The translations under genes were made by a program, and so were the position numbers. This document shows positions 24,350-36,999 of a DNA stretch of 64,000 nucleotides, one piece after another (the first letter of the stretch is position 1; every line of letters begins with the position of its first letter). A model generated the notes under the pieces. The model saw nothing but the letters and a program-made list of their open reading frames with translations, ran no database searches and had not been told where the DNA came from. This DNA is from the human T2T-CHM13v2.0 reference genome, Homo sapiens, in assembly GCF_009914755.1 (NCBI RefSeq), contig NC_060925.1; one strand, 5' to 3'.

Positions 24350-24678
24350 TACATTGAAAAAATATATACTTAAATAATCACACTTACTGTATTTGTTTGC
24401 TTTGGTTATGTATTAGTCCAGGTTCTTCAAATAGGCCATACAAAACTGGGAGTTATTGGGAAGAACAAACGTGATAAATGTGAAAAACTGGGTTGCTCCT
24501 AACAACATAGACGTTTGTTAATATAATGCACATACATTGAAAAAATGTATACTTAAATAATCACACTTACTGTATTTGTTTGCTTTGGTTATGTATTATC
24601 CAGGTTCTTCAAACAGACCACACAAAACTGGGAGTTATTGGGAAGAACAAACGTGATAAATATGAAAAACTGGGGTGC
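24350..24678. repeat. Local direct duplication: 24350-24496 and 24533-24678 (~147 bp, ~7 differences)
   Basis: Direct comparison of the two copies. Confidence 0.95.
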
Positions 24679-24815
24679 ATAGTGTTGCTTAGTATTCTAC
24701 ATTCAGTCCCACCTCCTTTTAGTGTATCAGTCCTTCCTGCATGTCAGAAAGCTATAAAGTTAAAAGACATTTTTTTCCAGGCTTTTTTGCAGCTGGGGCT
24801 CAGGAGACCAATTAG

Positions 24816-25759
24816 TATTTTCCTTTTTTTTTTAAATTTTATTATTATTATACTTTAAGTTTTAGGGTACATGTGCACAATGTGCAGGTTAGTTACATAT
24901 GTATACATGTGCCATGCTGGTGTGCTGCACCCATTAGCTTGTCATTTAGCATTAGGTATATCTCCTAATGCTATCCCTCCCCCCTCCCCCCACCCCACAA
25001 CAGTCCCCAGAGTGTGATGTTCCCCTTCCTGTGTCCATGTGTTCTCATTGTTCAATTCCCACCTATGAGTGAGAATATGCGGTGTTTGGTTTTTTGTTCT
25101 TGCGATAGTTTACTGAGAATGATGATTTCCAATTTCATCCAAGTCCCTACAAAGGACATGAACTCATCATTTTTTATGGCTGCATAGTATTCCATGGTGT
25201 ATATGTGCCACATTTTCTTAATCCAGTCTATCATTGTTGGACATTTGGGTTGGTTCCAAGTCTTTGCTATTGTGAATAATGCCACAATAAACATACGTGT
25301 GCATGTGTCTTTATAGCAGCATGATCTATAGTCCTTTGGGTATATACCCAGTAATGGGATGGCTGGGTCAAATGGTATTTCTAGTTCTAGATCCCTGAGG
25401 AATCGCCACACTGACTTCCACAATGGTTGAACTAGTTTACAGTCCCACCAACAGTGTAAAAGTGTTCCTATTTCTCCACATCCTCTCCAGCACTTGTTGT
25501 TTCCTGACTTTTTAATGATTGCCATTCTAACTGGTGTGAGATGGTATCTCATTGTGGTTTTGATTTGCATTTCTCTGATGGCCAGTGATGGTGAGCATTT
25601 TTTCATGTGTTTTTTGGTTGCATGAATGTCTTCTTTTGAGAAGTGTCTGTTCATGTCCTTTGCCCACTTTTTGATGGGGTTGTTTGTTTTTTTCTTGTAA
25701 ATTTGTTTGAGTTCATTGTAGATTCTGGATATTAGCCCTTTGTCAGATGAATAGGTTGC
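24816..25759 (-). mobile_element. 5'-truncated L1PA (L1PA3-like), ~940 bp, ORF2 C-terminus plus 3' UTR
   Basis: ORF 25052-25765 is the L1 ORF2 C-terminus with Cys-rich motif [18 protein letters not shown]; young-L1 3'UTR diagnostics. Confidence 0.95.
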
Positions 25760-26084
25760 ACTCACACTGAGATTTTTAAGATGGGAATAAGGTGGAGGTT
25801 ATTGTCCTGTTTGAGACTTGGACAATTTTTCTGCAGTGGCATCCCAGCAACTGGACTTCAGGCTTACATGTCAAGTCACAGCACTGAGTAGATTCAGTGT
25901 TCACTTCCCAGTTACCAAATCTGTGAAGGTTGAGAGCATTTGTGATGACAGCAGCAGATGCCTCCTAATCTGGCTTATTGATCCTTGGCTGTAACCACTG
26001 AGGGATGTTCTTAAACTCAAGAGTTCCAGTGGCTGTCTCCTAATTTCCCACATTTTGGACTGCGGCAGAAACAGAAGCTGTCCA

Positions 26085-26095
26085 GTGTGTGCGTG

Positions 26096-26129
<34 letters not shown>
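26085..26129. repeat. (GT)n microsatellite, uninterrupted purine-pyrimidine alternation
   Basis: Direct. Confidence 0.95.
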
Positions 26130-26130
<1 letters not shown>

Positions 26131-26563
26131 AGGGGGGTGGTGGCTGGAATCATTCTTGTGATATTCTGGGACATTTTTTGAAGACTCAGCTATTTTCCAC
26201 ATTTTAAGCCCTTAGAACACTTTAGAAAGCCTGAATTCCCTGTTAAAAGATCCTTAAGATACCTTGAGTGATACATGTTTTCTATATGTAAGTTTGGATG
26301 ATACATTGTAATATGTTAATAACTTAAGAGAGAAAAGCCACTACTTTTGTATTAGAGAAATAGGAAATATAATAGTACATTTCAGCCATCATGACCTGTA
26401 TGTTTAGAAGGCTCAGGAATTAATGGGCTACTTTCCATTTCTGCTATTAGGATTCATTAAACAGTTAAATGGTTTAGGTGGATCATTTCAAAAATAGACT
26501 TTTCTGTATTCTCCCCATTAGCTTTATTTTTGAAGATATAGTCCCACATATATTTCTTGGGAA

Positions 26564-26565
<2 letters not shown>

Positions 26566-26604
<39 letters not shown>
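26566..26604. repeat. (AC)~19 microsatellite
   Basis: Direct. Confidence 0.95.
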
Positions 26605-26605
<1 letters not shown>

Positions 26606-26979
26606 CCCTTTAGATGACAGACAATATAACTGAAACTTTTATTTTACCAAGAACATGAGGAAAGAAAGACATGCTATTTTAACACAAATATAAATAGATT
26701 CAATAAATCAAACTTGGCAGAGTATCAAAAGAGAAAATCAATTCTGATAATCCTAACTGTAGAGAATTCCCTAGAACTTCAATATGGTCCTGAATTTGGG
26801 AAAGTATTTCTCCTAAAGGACTAGTCCCAGCTAAAAGAATTGAGTTGTGCCTTGGTAACTGTTCCCATCAAAGCATGAGGCAGCCTCTGTTTAATATCCA
26901 GTCTGAATGTCACTGAGGCCCAAGCTTGCCTTGTAAACCAGAGAAAGGAAGCAGAGATGTTGTCTGCTCTGAGGTCAGT

Positions 26980-27270
26980 GGTATCAGTAAGCACCCTGGC
27001 AGGCACACGCAAAGGGATAATTGAAAAGGGTTTAATCAAAGGCCCGTTTACAGTTAAGGTCAGGGATAGGGGAACCAACATGGGATGGAGAAAGACTAAG
27101 GGGCTAGCAATGGGGGAAGTCATTACTGCCTCTAGTACCAAATGGGCAATACCTGGAACAGCGTGAGCAGTGTAGCCATGGAAAAGGGTGCACCTGGCAG
27201 GAGCTGTAGCCAAAAATGGAGAAAGGCAGCTACTGCTAAACCAGCAGGGCAGCCTAGCTGGCAAAGATAA
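26980..27270. mobile_element. Ancient LTR fragment (LTR78/79-like)
   Basis: aaagggtttaatcaaagg…tttacag…ggggctagcaatgggggaag…aggagctgtagcc. Confidence 0.4.
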
Positions 27271-28129
27271 GAACAAACGTTTCCAAAGCCCATCCTGCCT
27301 GGGAAATGTTTCTGATTTCGTAGTAAAACAAAAAACCCTGGATTCCGTGTGACATACTCATTAGGTGTTCTTGGAAATGTTATTTAAATGTTCTGAGGTA
27401 GGCTTCTTAGCTTAAAATGGGAATAATAATGTCAAGGATGTCATCAGGGTCAAAGAAAATAGTATATCTGAGAGTTATTCAAAAACTACAAGACAGTGAA
27501 ATTCCACTCATTTTATCATCATTATTATTATAATCATTGTTAGTATTATAACCTTCAGAGACGCCCATTGATTTTAAAACATTATTTCAACAAGCCATCT
27601 TATGACAAATATATGATTTTTCTATGTGCCAGAATATTTCAAAGCTTCACCACTGCTGTCTACCAATATATAAATAGCAGGGCTACAGAGAACTATTAGT
27701 ACAGTGAAGTTTTCAGAGAGTAAATAGGATACTGTAAGCTTAAAGGAAATGGAGAAAACACAAGTGGCAAGCCTTCTTAGATTTGGTATTCAGGAAAATC
27801 TGAAATTTGGAATGTGAGAAGTTGGAGACATGGTCATTCAGACAGTCATTAAACCTAAGGTATCAATATGGCAAACCTATTTCCACCTCATGCACCTACC
27901 TCATGTGCCCATGGCACACTGCAGAGCGCAGAGATAATATCAGAACCCAGATCACATTGGAGCTGAGAGAAAACATTAGAATCTTCCTTAATATAGCATT
28001 CCAGGCAGATACTGGTAATTAACTGGAGGCAGGAGAGGCGGCACATGAGATGAATCATACTGATTATAACTGGACGCTCAACAGATAGGCAGTATATTGA
28101 AATTGACTGAACACTTGGATATTTGTTTG

Positions 28130-28530
28130 GGCCTCACAGTTTTTAAAGGATTCTGATAAAACAGAAAGTCCAGAAAAGAGCAATCAGTATAGTTGAAAGA
28201 CCTGGTTATGTTTTCCAGAAAAATGAGAAGACTTGGGTAAGGATAAGAGTAAACTCTTCCAAGTATCTGCAGGGCTATATGCTAAAGAGGGGGTAGATAA
28301 GTCCATTGTGATCTCAGGTGAAGTAACTAGAGTTTATGGGTAGAAGTGTCTAAGAGACCTTTATCAGATGTTTAGCATTTAGAGCTAACCAATAATAAAA
28401 ATGTAGCCTTCCAACATACTAAATTCAGTTGAATCTGGGTGAACCTCTATCAGGGGTGTTTTCAAATAAAATAATTCCTGATTTAGGAGAGTGGGTAAGC
28501 TAGATGACTATTAATATCCATTCCACGTGT
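28130..28530 (+). mobile_element. CR1/L3 3' fragment
   Basis: gtccagaaaagagcaatcag…ttccaagtatctgcagggct…ctagatgact resemble the L3 RT end and 3' UTR. Confidence 0.6.
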
Positions 28531-30209
28531 ATATTTCCACAGCCCTAGGTCTTTTTGAGTGCTCAGAGGTGCTTACCAGTTCTCAGAGGGCAGCTGTAAA
28601 GGAAAGCTGTATTGGTTCACTTGGGAATCTTCAGATGGGTATAGAATTGGCAAAGTCCCACATAATCCATTTGCCAGCTTTATTTTACAATGTGTTAGCC
28701 AGACCTCCCCTAGCCAATATTTTTTGCCCCAGAAGGGAAAGCCCACAATACAGTAAATTACTGATGATGCTGCCAAAAAGGAATTTCACTCTCAGATCAA
28801 ATTTGGATTAAATGTAGTAAATCCAGGGCATTAGTTTTTAATAATCAAAAAGTTCTGTCAATATGCTTTAAAAGAATAAAATTCCTTCTTTTAAAGGTCC
28901 TTTTGATGTAACACTTGAAAGCTGAGATGCAATCAATCATTAACAATGTTTAATATTCTCTACCTTCTAGAAATACAATACAGTCAAGGTGCTGAGGTGT
29001 AAAAACTGGCCAAAGCTCAATGCTCATATAAGATGAAACCACTTTTGAAGTATCATTTTCTTACCCACATTCAATTTAGTCATTTCTTCAGTATATCACC
29101 TTTATCCATCACTACTTATTTGAACTTAAAGATTTTACCTGATACTTGGGTCTCTAGGTACATGTAGGGGAAAGGAAACATGGTGTAATATCCACAAGAA
29201 AAGCAAAGATTAGATTTCTCAATTTAACCTGGCAGCAAAATAGGACTTAGATATCTTGGAATGGAATAGCTAGACATTTATTTAAATTCAAGCAAATGAA
29301 TCTCAGCAATGCTGCCACTTTTGGGTGGCCAACCTGAAGACAGGAATTCTGTCTTATTTTTCTCTATTTCCTTAACTCTCAGCCCAGTGCTCAAAACATA
29401 ACGGCAGTCTATATGTATATAGTGAATTGAATAAAATGCAAACTACAAAGTCCTCCCTTCTCAGAGTATTCAATATATGGAATTATCCTTATTTTGTTGT
29501 GGTTGTTTTCTAATATGTCTGTCTCCCACACTAGCCTGTGAGCATTGATAGCCCCAAAGAATGATCACTTATGTCACTGTTCCCAGTGTCTAAGTCAGAG
29601 CCTGGTGGGCATTCATATGTTCGTTGAATAAATGCTTTCCTCAATGAGTTTATACTCACACACTCAAACAGGCTTTACAGATGAACAGCACTGGTTAGTA
29701 GGAAAAACAATGGCTTTCAGAGTGGCTGGAGCCAGCCTAAAGAGTCTTAAATCAACTATTTACTAACCATTTACCCTACAGAAAGATACTTATCCTTTCT
29801 GATCTTCAACATCCTCCTCTGTAAAATAGGGAGAATAGCGGTTTAAATATGTGATGTTTATTATTTATAAAACACTTTCATGCATATATTAATTATCATT
29901 AGTGTTCATTTTCCCAGTTATATACAGATGTACCATAGGGAAAACAATCATATGACAATTAAGAGGCTTTGGAGTCAGGTTTCCTGGTTTGAAACCCAGA
30001 CTCAAATTTAGTAGATATATCACTTTAGGAAACTTTATCATCACCTCTGCGCCTCAAGTTTCTCTTCTATAAAATAGAGATACCAATAATACCCACTTCA
30101 TAGATTGTTCGGGAGTAAAATTTTGTTTTGCATGTGAAGTGCAAAGAACAATATCTGTGTACATAGTACACAGAAAATGCAGTGATTTTTTTTGCATCTT
30201 TCTCTTCCT

Positions 30210-30830
30210 TTATATTGCACATAGAAGTCCTCGAGTATTATCTAGCCCAACATGTAGCAGTTCAAAGCAGAAATCTCCTTCTTATTCTATTCTGACTACA
30301 TTTTAAAATTATATGATATTGATTCATCTCATCTTCTTTATTAACTTGCTGAGGTCCACAACTAAATTTCCAATTCCTCTTTTACTACAACACTTTTCAG
30401 AATCCCAATCCCTCAGTCTCAATGCTGGCCCTGAAACCTAACCCCACTATGGTGAGTTCTATCTCAGTTCATGTTTCCTCCACTTTTCCAGTCACTGATT
30501 AAATATTTCAAAATCATTTCCACCTCTTTTTTTTCCTCCCTAACCAATTTTTATCTCAGAATCTTAGTCTTTCTCCATTGTGTTTTCCAAATTCCTTCTT
30601 TCTGCTCTATTCTGCTAGTGGCACCCCAGCTCAGATTCATATCATAAACCTAGGCTATTGCATCAGCTTCCTAACTGATCTTTCAGCTTGTAATCCCTCC
30701 GTCTCATCTTTCACACCATGGCAAGGCCAATCTTTCCAAAGCACCACTCAGATGTTATGGCTCCCTCCTCAATACAGTAGTGCTCCAGGTTGTTGCCAAT
30801 GTAAGGGTGAAACTCTTCCTGTTGACATCC
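30210..30830 (+). mobile_element. L2 fragments
   Basis: cctaggctattgcatcagcttcctaactgatct…ctttccaaa. Confidence 0.55.
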
Positions 30831-33607
30831 ATAGCTCCCTTCATCTGTACCCCTTTATCTCTCTAGGACTAAACTTCCAATAAAGGATGTGGGAAAAGTA
30901 CTAATATTTATTTTATAGACTATTTAAGTGAGGAACTATGCTACACACTTTTGCAATTAAAATGTCATCTCATGCTTCCCACTCCATACTGATTCTCATA
31001 TATTCATTTGCCCAGCACATGGCTTCCTATAAATGTGAGAACTGCTGCAAGCCACTTTACTTTCAGCAAACTCTACCAGACTTCACTCCTCATTACCCTT
31101 TGTGTATCTCCTCTCTACTGGCTGTCACTTTTACCTGTCATATCACCTTCGGATCCTGCCTCCATTTCCTTACTGTGACCCATTGGATCAGCAACAGAGT
31201 TTCACATTACTCAAAGGGGCTATGATCTGACATTCCCTTAAGGTAGTCCTTTCATGAACTGTTTCTGGACTCCAAACATAAAAATTACTGGCAACAGGTG
31301 CCTCTTTGAATCTTCTGGAACATTGCTAAAGCCAGATGCACATTCAGATTTCTACAAAAGCAATATGAAGTGGGCATTATTACCCCATTTCTCCCAATAA
31401 GAAAACCAAGCCTTAAGACAATTAAGTAGCTTGTTCAAGGACACACAGCTAGTGAGTGTCAGATCTAGAACTGGAACCCAGGTGCCTCGAGATAAAATCC
31501 TGTGTTATTTTCTAAGTACATGTTTCTTGCGCATATAATAAAATAGGTTACTTTCTTCTATGTACTTACATACTTCAGTACTAACAAACAAACAAAATAT
31601 CTATTAGGTATGGTGGTAGAAATTATTTTCTGTACCACTCTCCATTCCTAAGTCTTTTGGAATGATACAAACTCTCTGACATCTCAGAATACAGCAGAAA
31701 TTGCCTTCCTGCACTTTGAAGGCAGCAGGACATAGAGAAAGTGAAAAGACTTATGAACCAGACTAGACAAATCACAATGGACTGACTTGATGGCCTTGAG
31801 CAAGTTATTAACTCCCTGGAGGCATTTTCTTATGTAGAAAATGAGAATAATATGTCTTATTTCACTGAGTGGTAAGGAATGAAAACCATATTTTAAACAC
31901 CTGGGCAAATTGACAAATGTTAACTCACCGTCTCTTCCATTCCATAAATGACTATCTCCTTTTGCTGCCAATAATGAATATATTTTTAAGAAGGAACTTA
32001 CTCTACCCATATAATTCTAAATCTTCCAATTATAGTCTTCCAAAGAAGACTGAATTCTTCTTTGTTTGTGGGTTAATGTCTTTATATAAAATGACATCTA
32101 TTGGGAAGAAATGTGATCAAATCAAAGACCAATCTAATTCCTTTTTGTAGATTCATTAAATTATTTAGAGAAGGGAAGAACCCACTAGCTGCCAAAACCT
32201 TGAATGGAAGCATAATTTCAAACACTAAACTGTCTTACCACATAAAGAGCAATACAATTCTAACCTCAGAGTTATTCAACCTCAGATGGAGAGAAATTAA
32301 ACAGAAACGAGTTATATAAGTGAGGAGCCCCATACCAGTTTACAATATTTTCCAGGAATTTATTTATAACAGTCATGGAAAAAATATTGAGCTTCTATTT
32401 TGACCTTAATAGTGTATGTGGCAGAGCACCTTACAAAGTTTTCTGATTGGTTTTTACTGTTATTTTATTGTAAAATCTGTGTTTTATCAAATTTTCATGA
32501 TCAACAAGATTCAGAAGGGCCCTTAGTCATAATCTCAGGCAATATCCCACTCATGTAGGCATCTCATCCTCAGAATCCAAGGGCTGAATAACTACCTCCT
32601 ACTGGAGAGAAGAGAAAGAGAGGGAAGAGAGAATAAAAAATGACAATAAGTGCTTAGGAAACATCCTGCCACACAGGGTTATTAATAATAGTAAATGAGG
32701 TTACAGTACTCTTTATTCATCTAGATGTTAATTTCTTTGGGAAAGCCGACATTGAATTTAGTTCTAACAACACTTTTCTAAATTATACTCCTTTGTAAGT
32801 TCTTTCTTTCTCTGCCTTTCTGCTAGGATTCCAGGTCTGCACCTGCTTCTCCTCTGATTCTTCTTTACCAGCTATCCATATTTACTCCATCCTGATGAGC
32901 TTCAGCTACCACTCTCGAAGTGTGATTCTTAAATCTCTATCTGCAGTTCAGAACTCTTCTGAATACCAGAAACCATAGGTCCAATTGATTGTTGACCATT
33001 GCCATCTGGCATTAAACAGGACTTCAAGCATAAATCCAAAACTGAACTCATCAGATTTATCCCAAAGCTCTTTTTCCCCTTGACAATTAGTCAAATAAAA
33101 ATATAAACCACAAGTGTCTACTTATAGTTTTTATTTTAACATACCCAAGTTCTGGAGTGAAACTGAAAAATTCAATGCATCATTAAAGGAAATAAGAATT
33201 CTCAAAAAGCATCTGTCACTACCAAACACCTAGAGTCTGATTAATTTACAACAATCATTTTCCTTTTTAAAAAAGAAAGTTTTCTGAAGTATAATTTATG
33301 TGTAAATGACTTTCTTTTCCAAGACATAAGGGAAGAACAGGGAACATATTTACTATCCTCTATTAAAAAATTTTAATTCCAGAAAAATATATTAAAAAGT
33401 GAGTTTTAGGCATTGAACAACAAGCAGCAAAAGACTAAGAGAAGGAAATCAAACAAGGTGGGTTCTATGATTGCCCAACTTACAGCCTAGAATTGCAAAG
33501 CATGTAGGGAAAACTCAAGTAGATCATGTCTACTTGATCAAGTAGATCATATCTGGGGACGTAAAAGGTGACTAATCTTCATAGATACAGTACCAGAGTG
33601 GAGGGAG

Positions 33608-33609
<2 letters not shown>

Positions 33610-33654
<45 letters not shown>
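33610..33654. repeat. (AC)~22 microsatellite
   Basis: Direct. Confidence 0.95.
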
Positions 33655-33657
<3 letters not shown>

Positions 33658-34084
33658 AGAGAGAGTGACCATGAGCATGCTTCAGAGATCTCCAGAGAGG
33701 TCCTCCAGATGTTTGACTAAGTACTAATTTATGCATACATGAAAGGAAACAACCCAAATCTAGAAAGAACCATTGGAAATTAGTAAACCAAAAAATTTCC
33801 AGAGCTTTCAGAGGGCTGAAGTGGTTTGTGTGACAACCAACCCAAGTGGAAAGACATTGTAATAGAGCATCAGGTCAAATTACCAGAAGACAATCACCAT
33901 GGTAGTGGGGTTAAACTAGTTCTAGACTTACAGCTACTCTTGACATGCCTTAACAAAGCTTAAAAGCAAACATCAAAAGGATTCAATTGATTCCAAATTA
34001 CTGCATGCCAGAACAACATCCAATACTATGTAAAGGAATACTACAAAACTCAGCACCCAACAATGTAAAATCACAATGTCTGGC

Positions 34085-34621
34085 TATGATGGTTAATATT
34101 GAGTGTCAATTTGATTGCACTGAAGGATGCAAATTATGGTCCTTGGTTGGGTCTGTGAGGGTGTTGCTACAGGAGATTAACATTTGAGTCAGTGGACTAA
34201 GAAAGACAGACCTACCCTTGTTTTGGGTGGGCAACATCTAATCAGCTGCCAGCACAGCTGGAATAAAACAGGCAGAAGAAAGTGGAATAAACAGACTTGC
34301 TAAGTCTTCCAGTCTTCATCTTTCTGCTGTGCTGCCCTTGAACGTCAGACTCCAAGTACTTCAGCTTTTGGACTCTTGGACTTACACCAGTGGTTTGCCA
34401 GGGCTCTTGGGCCTTTGGCCACAGAGTAAAGGCTGCACTGTCGGCTTCCCTAATTTTGAGGTTTTGGGACTTGGACTGGCTTCTCTGCTCCTCGGCTTGC
34501 AGATGGCCTATTGTGGGACTTCATCATGTGATTGTGTGAGTCAATTCTCCACAATAAACTCCCCTTTATATATACCTCTATCCTATTAGTTCTGTCCCTC
34601 TAGAGAATGCTGACTAATACA
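34085..34621 (+). mobile_element. MLT2A1-like ERVL solo LTR
   Basis: tatgatggttaatattgagtgtcaa…tgactaataca; TSD ctggc/ctgac. Confidence 0.88.
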
Positions 34622-35794
34622 CTGACATTCAATACAAAATTAACAGGATATTATAGACCATAATCTGGAAAAAATTAATAGAAACAGACCTTAAATGACA
34701 AAAATAATAAAACTATCAGACCAAAAATATGTTGAAATGTTTCATCTTTTCAAGAAGAAAGTGAAAACATAAACAGAATAAGAAGAAAAAATGCAAGATA
34801 TAAAAATAAGGCGCAAGTGGAATTTCTAGAAAAAAAATACAATGAAACTAAAATAGAAAATAAACAGATTGACTCCTGAAAAAGAAAAATTAACTTGAAG
34901 ATATAACGGTAGAAATTGCCCAAAATGAAATACATAAAAGCAAAAGAAACATAAACAGAGCATTAGGACAGAACAAAGAAAATATTATTCAAAAAAAGTT
35001 ATTGCTTTAAAAATTTATACCAACAAAGCAGTATAAAATTTATATGTAGAATATCTTCACTATAAGTTAAAGAAAATTCTTTTGGAAAAAGGAAAATGTG
35101 GCCAGGTAGATATTCAGATCTACAAAAGGAATGACCCTTAGAAATCTTAAATGTAGACTTTTTCTCCTTAAATCAATTTGTAAAACAAAAATAATATTAA
35201 GTTGTAAAATTTGGAATATAGGTAGAAGTAAAATGCATGACAATACCAGAATGAAGTATAAGAAGGGGAAATTGAAGTATACTATTGTAAGATTCTTATA
35301 CAGTACACAAAGTCACATAATATAATTTGAAGGCGGTTGTAGGTTAAAATAGAAAATCGTAAATCCTAAAGCAACCACTAAACAATGTACCGCAAAAAAA
35401 ATACAACTATTGAGCCAATAGTGGTGAATAGTAAAATACTAAAAAATAATCCAAGAGGAGGCAGCAAAGAAGATAAAAGGAAATAAGAAATAGAAACAAA
35501 TAGAAAATAAATAGCAAAATGACCATTTATGCCCACTGTATCAATAATTACATTAAATTTAAATGGCCTAAATACTATAATTAAAAGGGGGATCATTTTC
35601 AAACTAGATTCAAAAAGCAAGACCTGACTCTATGCTTGCCTATAAGAAAGACACTTTCAGTATAAATACATGTATGGTACACATATAAAATAACATCAGA
35701 ATGACTGAGAGTGTTTCTGCAGGCACCCCAAAAGGGAAGTCAGAGACTCTACTGGGCAGAAAGTGAGAGATCATCAGTGTAGCTTTAACAACAG

Positions 35795-36231
35795 TGTGAT
35801 GGTTAATACTGTCAACTTGATTGGATTGAGGGATACAAAGTATTAATCCTGGGTTTGTCTGTGTGGGTGTTGCCAAAAGAGATTAACATTTGAATCAGTG
35901 GGCTGGGGAAGGTAGATCCACCCTTAATCTGGTGGGCACAATCTAATCAGCTTCGAGAGAATGTAAAGCAGGCAGAAAAAAGTGAAAAAGAGAGACAGGC
36001 CTAGCCTCCCAGCTTACATCTCTGTCCCGTGCTAGATGCTTCCTGCCCTCGAACATCAGACTCCAAGTTCTTCTGTTTTGGGACTCGGACTGGCTTTCCT
36101 TGCTCCTCAGCTTGCAGACAGACTATTGTGGAACCTTGTGATGGTGTAAGTTAATACTTAATATTAACTCCCCTTTACACATATATATAGCCTATTAGTT
36201 CTGTCCCTCTAACAGAATCCTGACTAATACA
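35795..36231 (+). mobile_element. MLT2A2-like ERVL solo LTR
   Basis: tgtgatggttaatact…tgactaataca; perfect TSD aacag at 35790-35794 and 36232-36236. Confidence 0.9.
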
Positions 36232-36443
36232 AACAGGGACTAGACCTTGTTTCATTACCCCTCTTATAAAACCTTGCATGGATTTTGGCTGGCTACCTTT
36301 TTGAATGTGACTCTCTAAAAGATTGGGTTTGTATCTCCCTTCTCTCAGAGATGAAGTAAGGGCATCATTTTTGCCTCCATATTGCACTATAGCAGCTGGA
36401 TATCATGGAAGGCATTAGAGGATCTTGGGTACAAGGGGTGGAC

Positions 36444-36992
36444 TGTAACAGCCATCTCTTACACACCACTTCACATCCCCTGTGCTTCATCTCTCTCTTA
36501 TTCCAGTAAGCACAGTTCTATGTACTCTCAGACTGACTTATTGCTGATCCAATCCAACACAGCCTCACCTCAGACCTGCACCATGTGCCTCTCCTTCCCT
36601 GGAGCCTCTCGCTTAATTCTGAGGCATGGAAAGTGCTGGGACTGCACTCAGTGCCCACGCATGCAAACCCAGAAGTTAGGCAAAGTGAACACTTCATGGG
36701 ATGAAACTTTGACAAATGGTAGATGCAAGAAAATGGAGAAATTCGTCTCCTTTGCTCTCCTAATCACAGGTAATCCAGGGATGTATTACATTTGCTTCTC
36801 AGTCAGTCCTGTGGGAATAAGACAAGCGGTCACCTCTAGCTGTGACCCCCTCAGCGACATGTCTTTTGATTGTCTTTCTCTGCGTTGCCCCCCAGTGTGC
36901 AAAAGCTATTAAATGGGATTGTAGTCCCTACTCAATTACTGGTATATAAACCACTACCTCAATGTCTGAATTCTGAGGAAACCAGGCTAATC
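36444..36992 (+). mobile_element. LTR16-like ERVL LTR
   Basis: tgtaacagccatc…cccacgcatgcaaacccagaag…gaggaaaccaggctaa. Confidence 0.6.
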
Positions 36993-36999
36993 AAAGGGG

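Larger units (their letters stand above)
24676..26310 (+). mobile_element. LTR33-like ERVL LTR split by L1PA
   Basis: gtgttgcttagt…ttgcagctgggg…ccaattag | tgcactcac… resembles the LTR33 group. Confidence 0.55.
33250..35700 (+). mobile_element. Old L1M (L1MD/MC-like) 5'/ORF1-ORF2 fragments, interrupted by MLT2A
   Basis: aacaaagcttaaaagcaa…aaggattcaattgattcc; A-rich ORF1 text; caataattacattaaatttaaatggcctaaat near the ORF2 start. Confidence 0.65.

Noticed and set aside
24350-24678. Repeat-spacer-repeat with a 36-bp spacer (CRISPR-like)
   Set aside because: Only two 147-bp units in human DNA with no cas genes; it is a local duplication
25052-25765. 237-aa ORF
   Set aside because: L1 ORF2 C-terminus from a truncated copy with no promoter, EN or RT domain
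34085-36231. Two same-orientation MLT2A LTRs as one HERV-L provirus
   Set aside because: Each has its own TSD, they look like different subfamilies, and the interval is mostly L1 sequence
36382-36912. 176-aa ORF
   Set aside because: Non-ATG start and lies within an LTR16-like element
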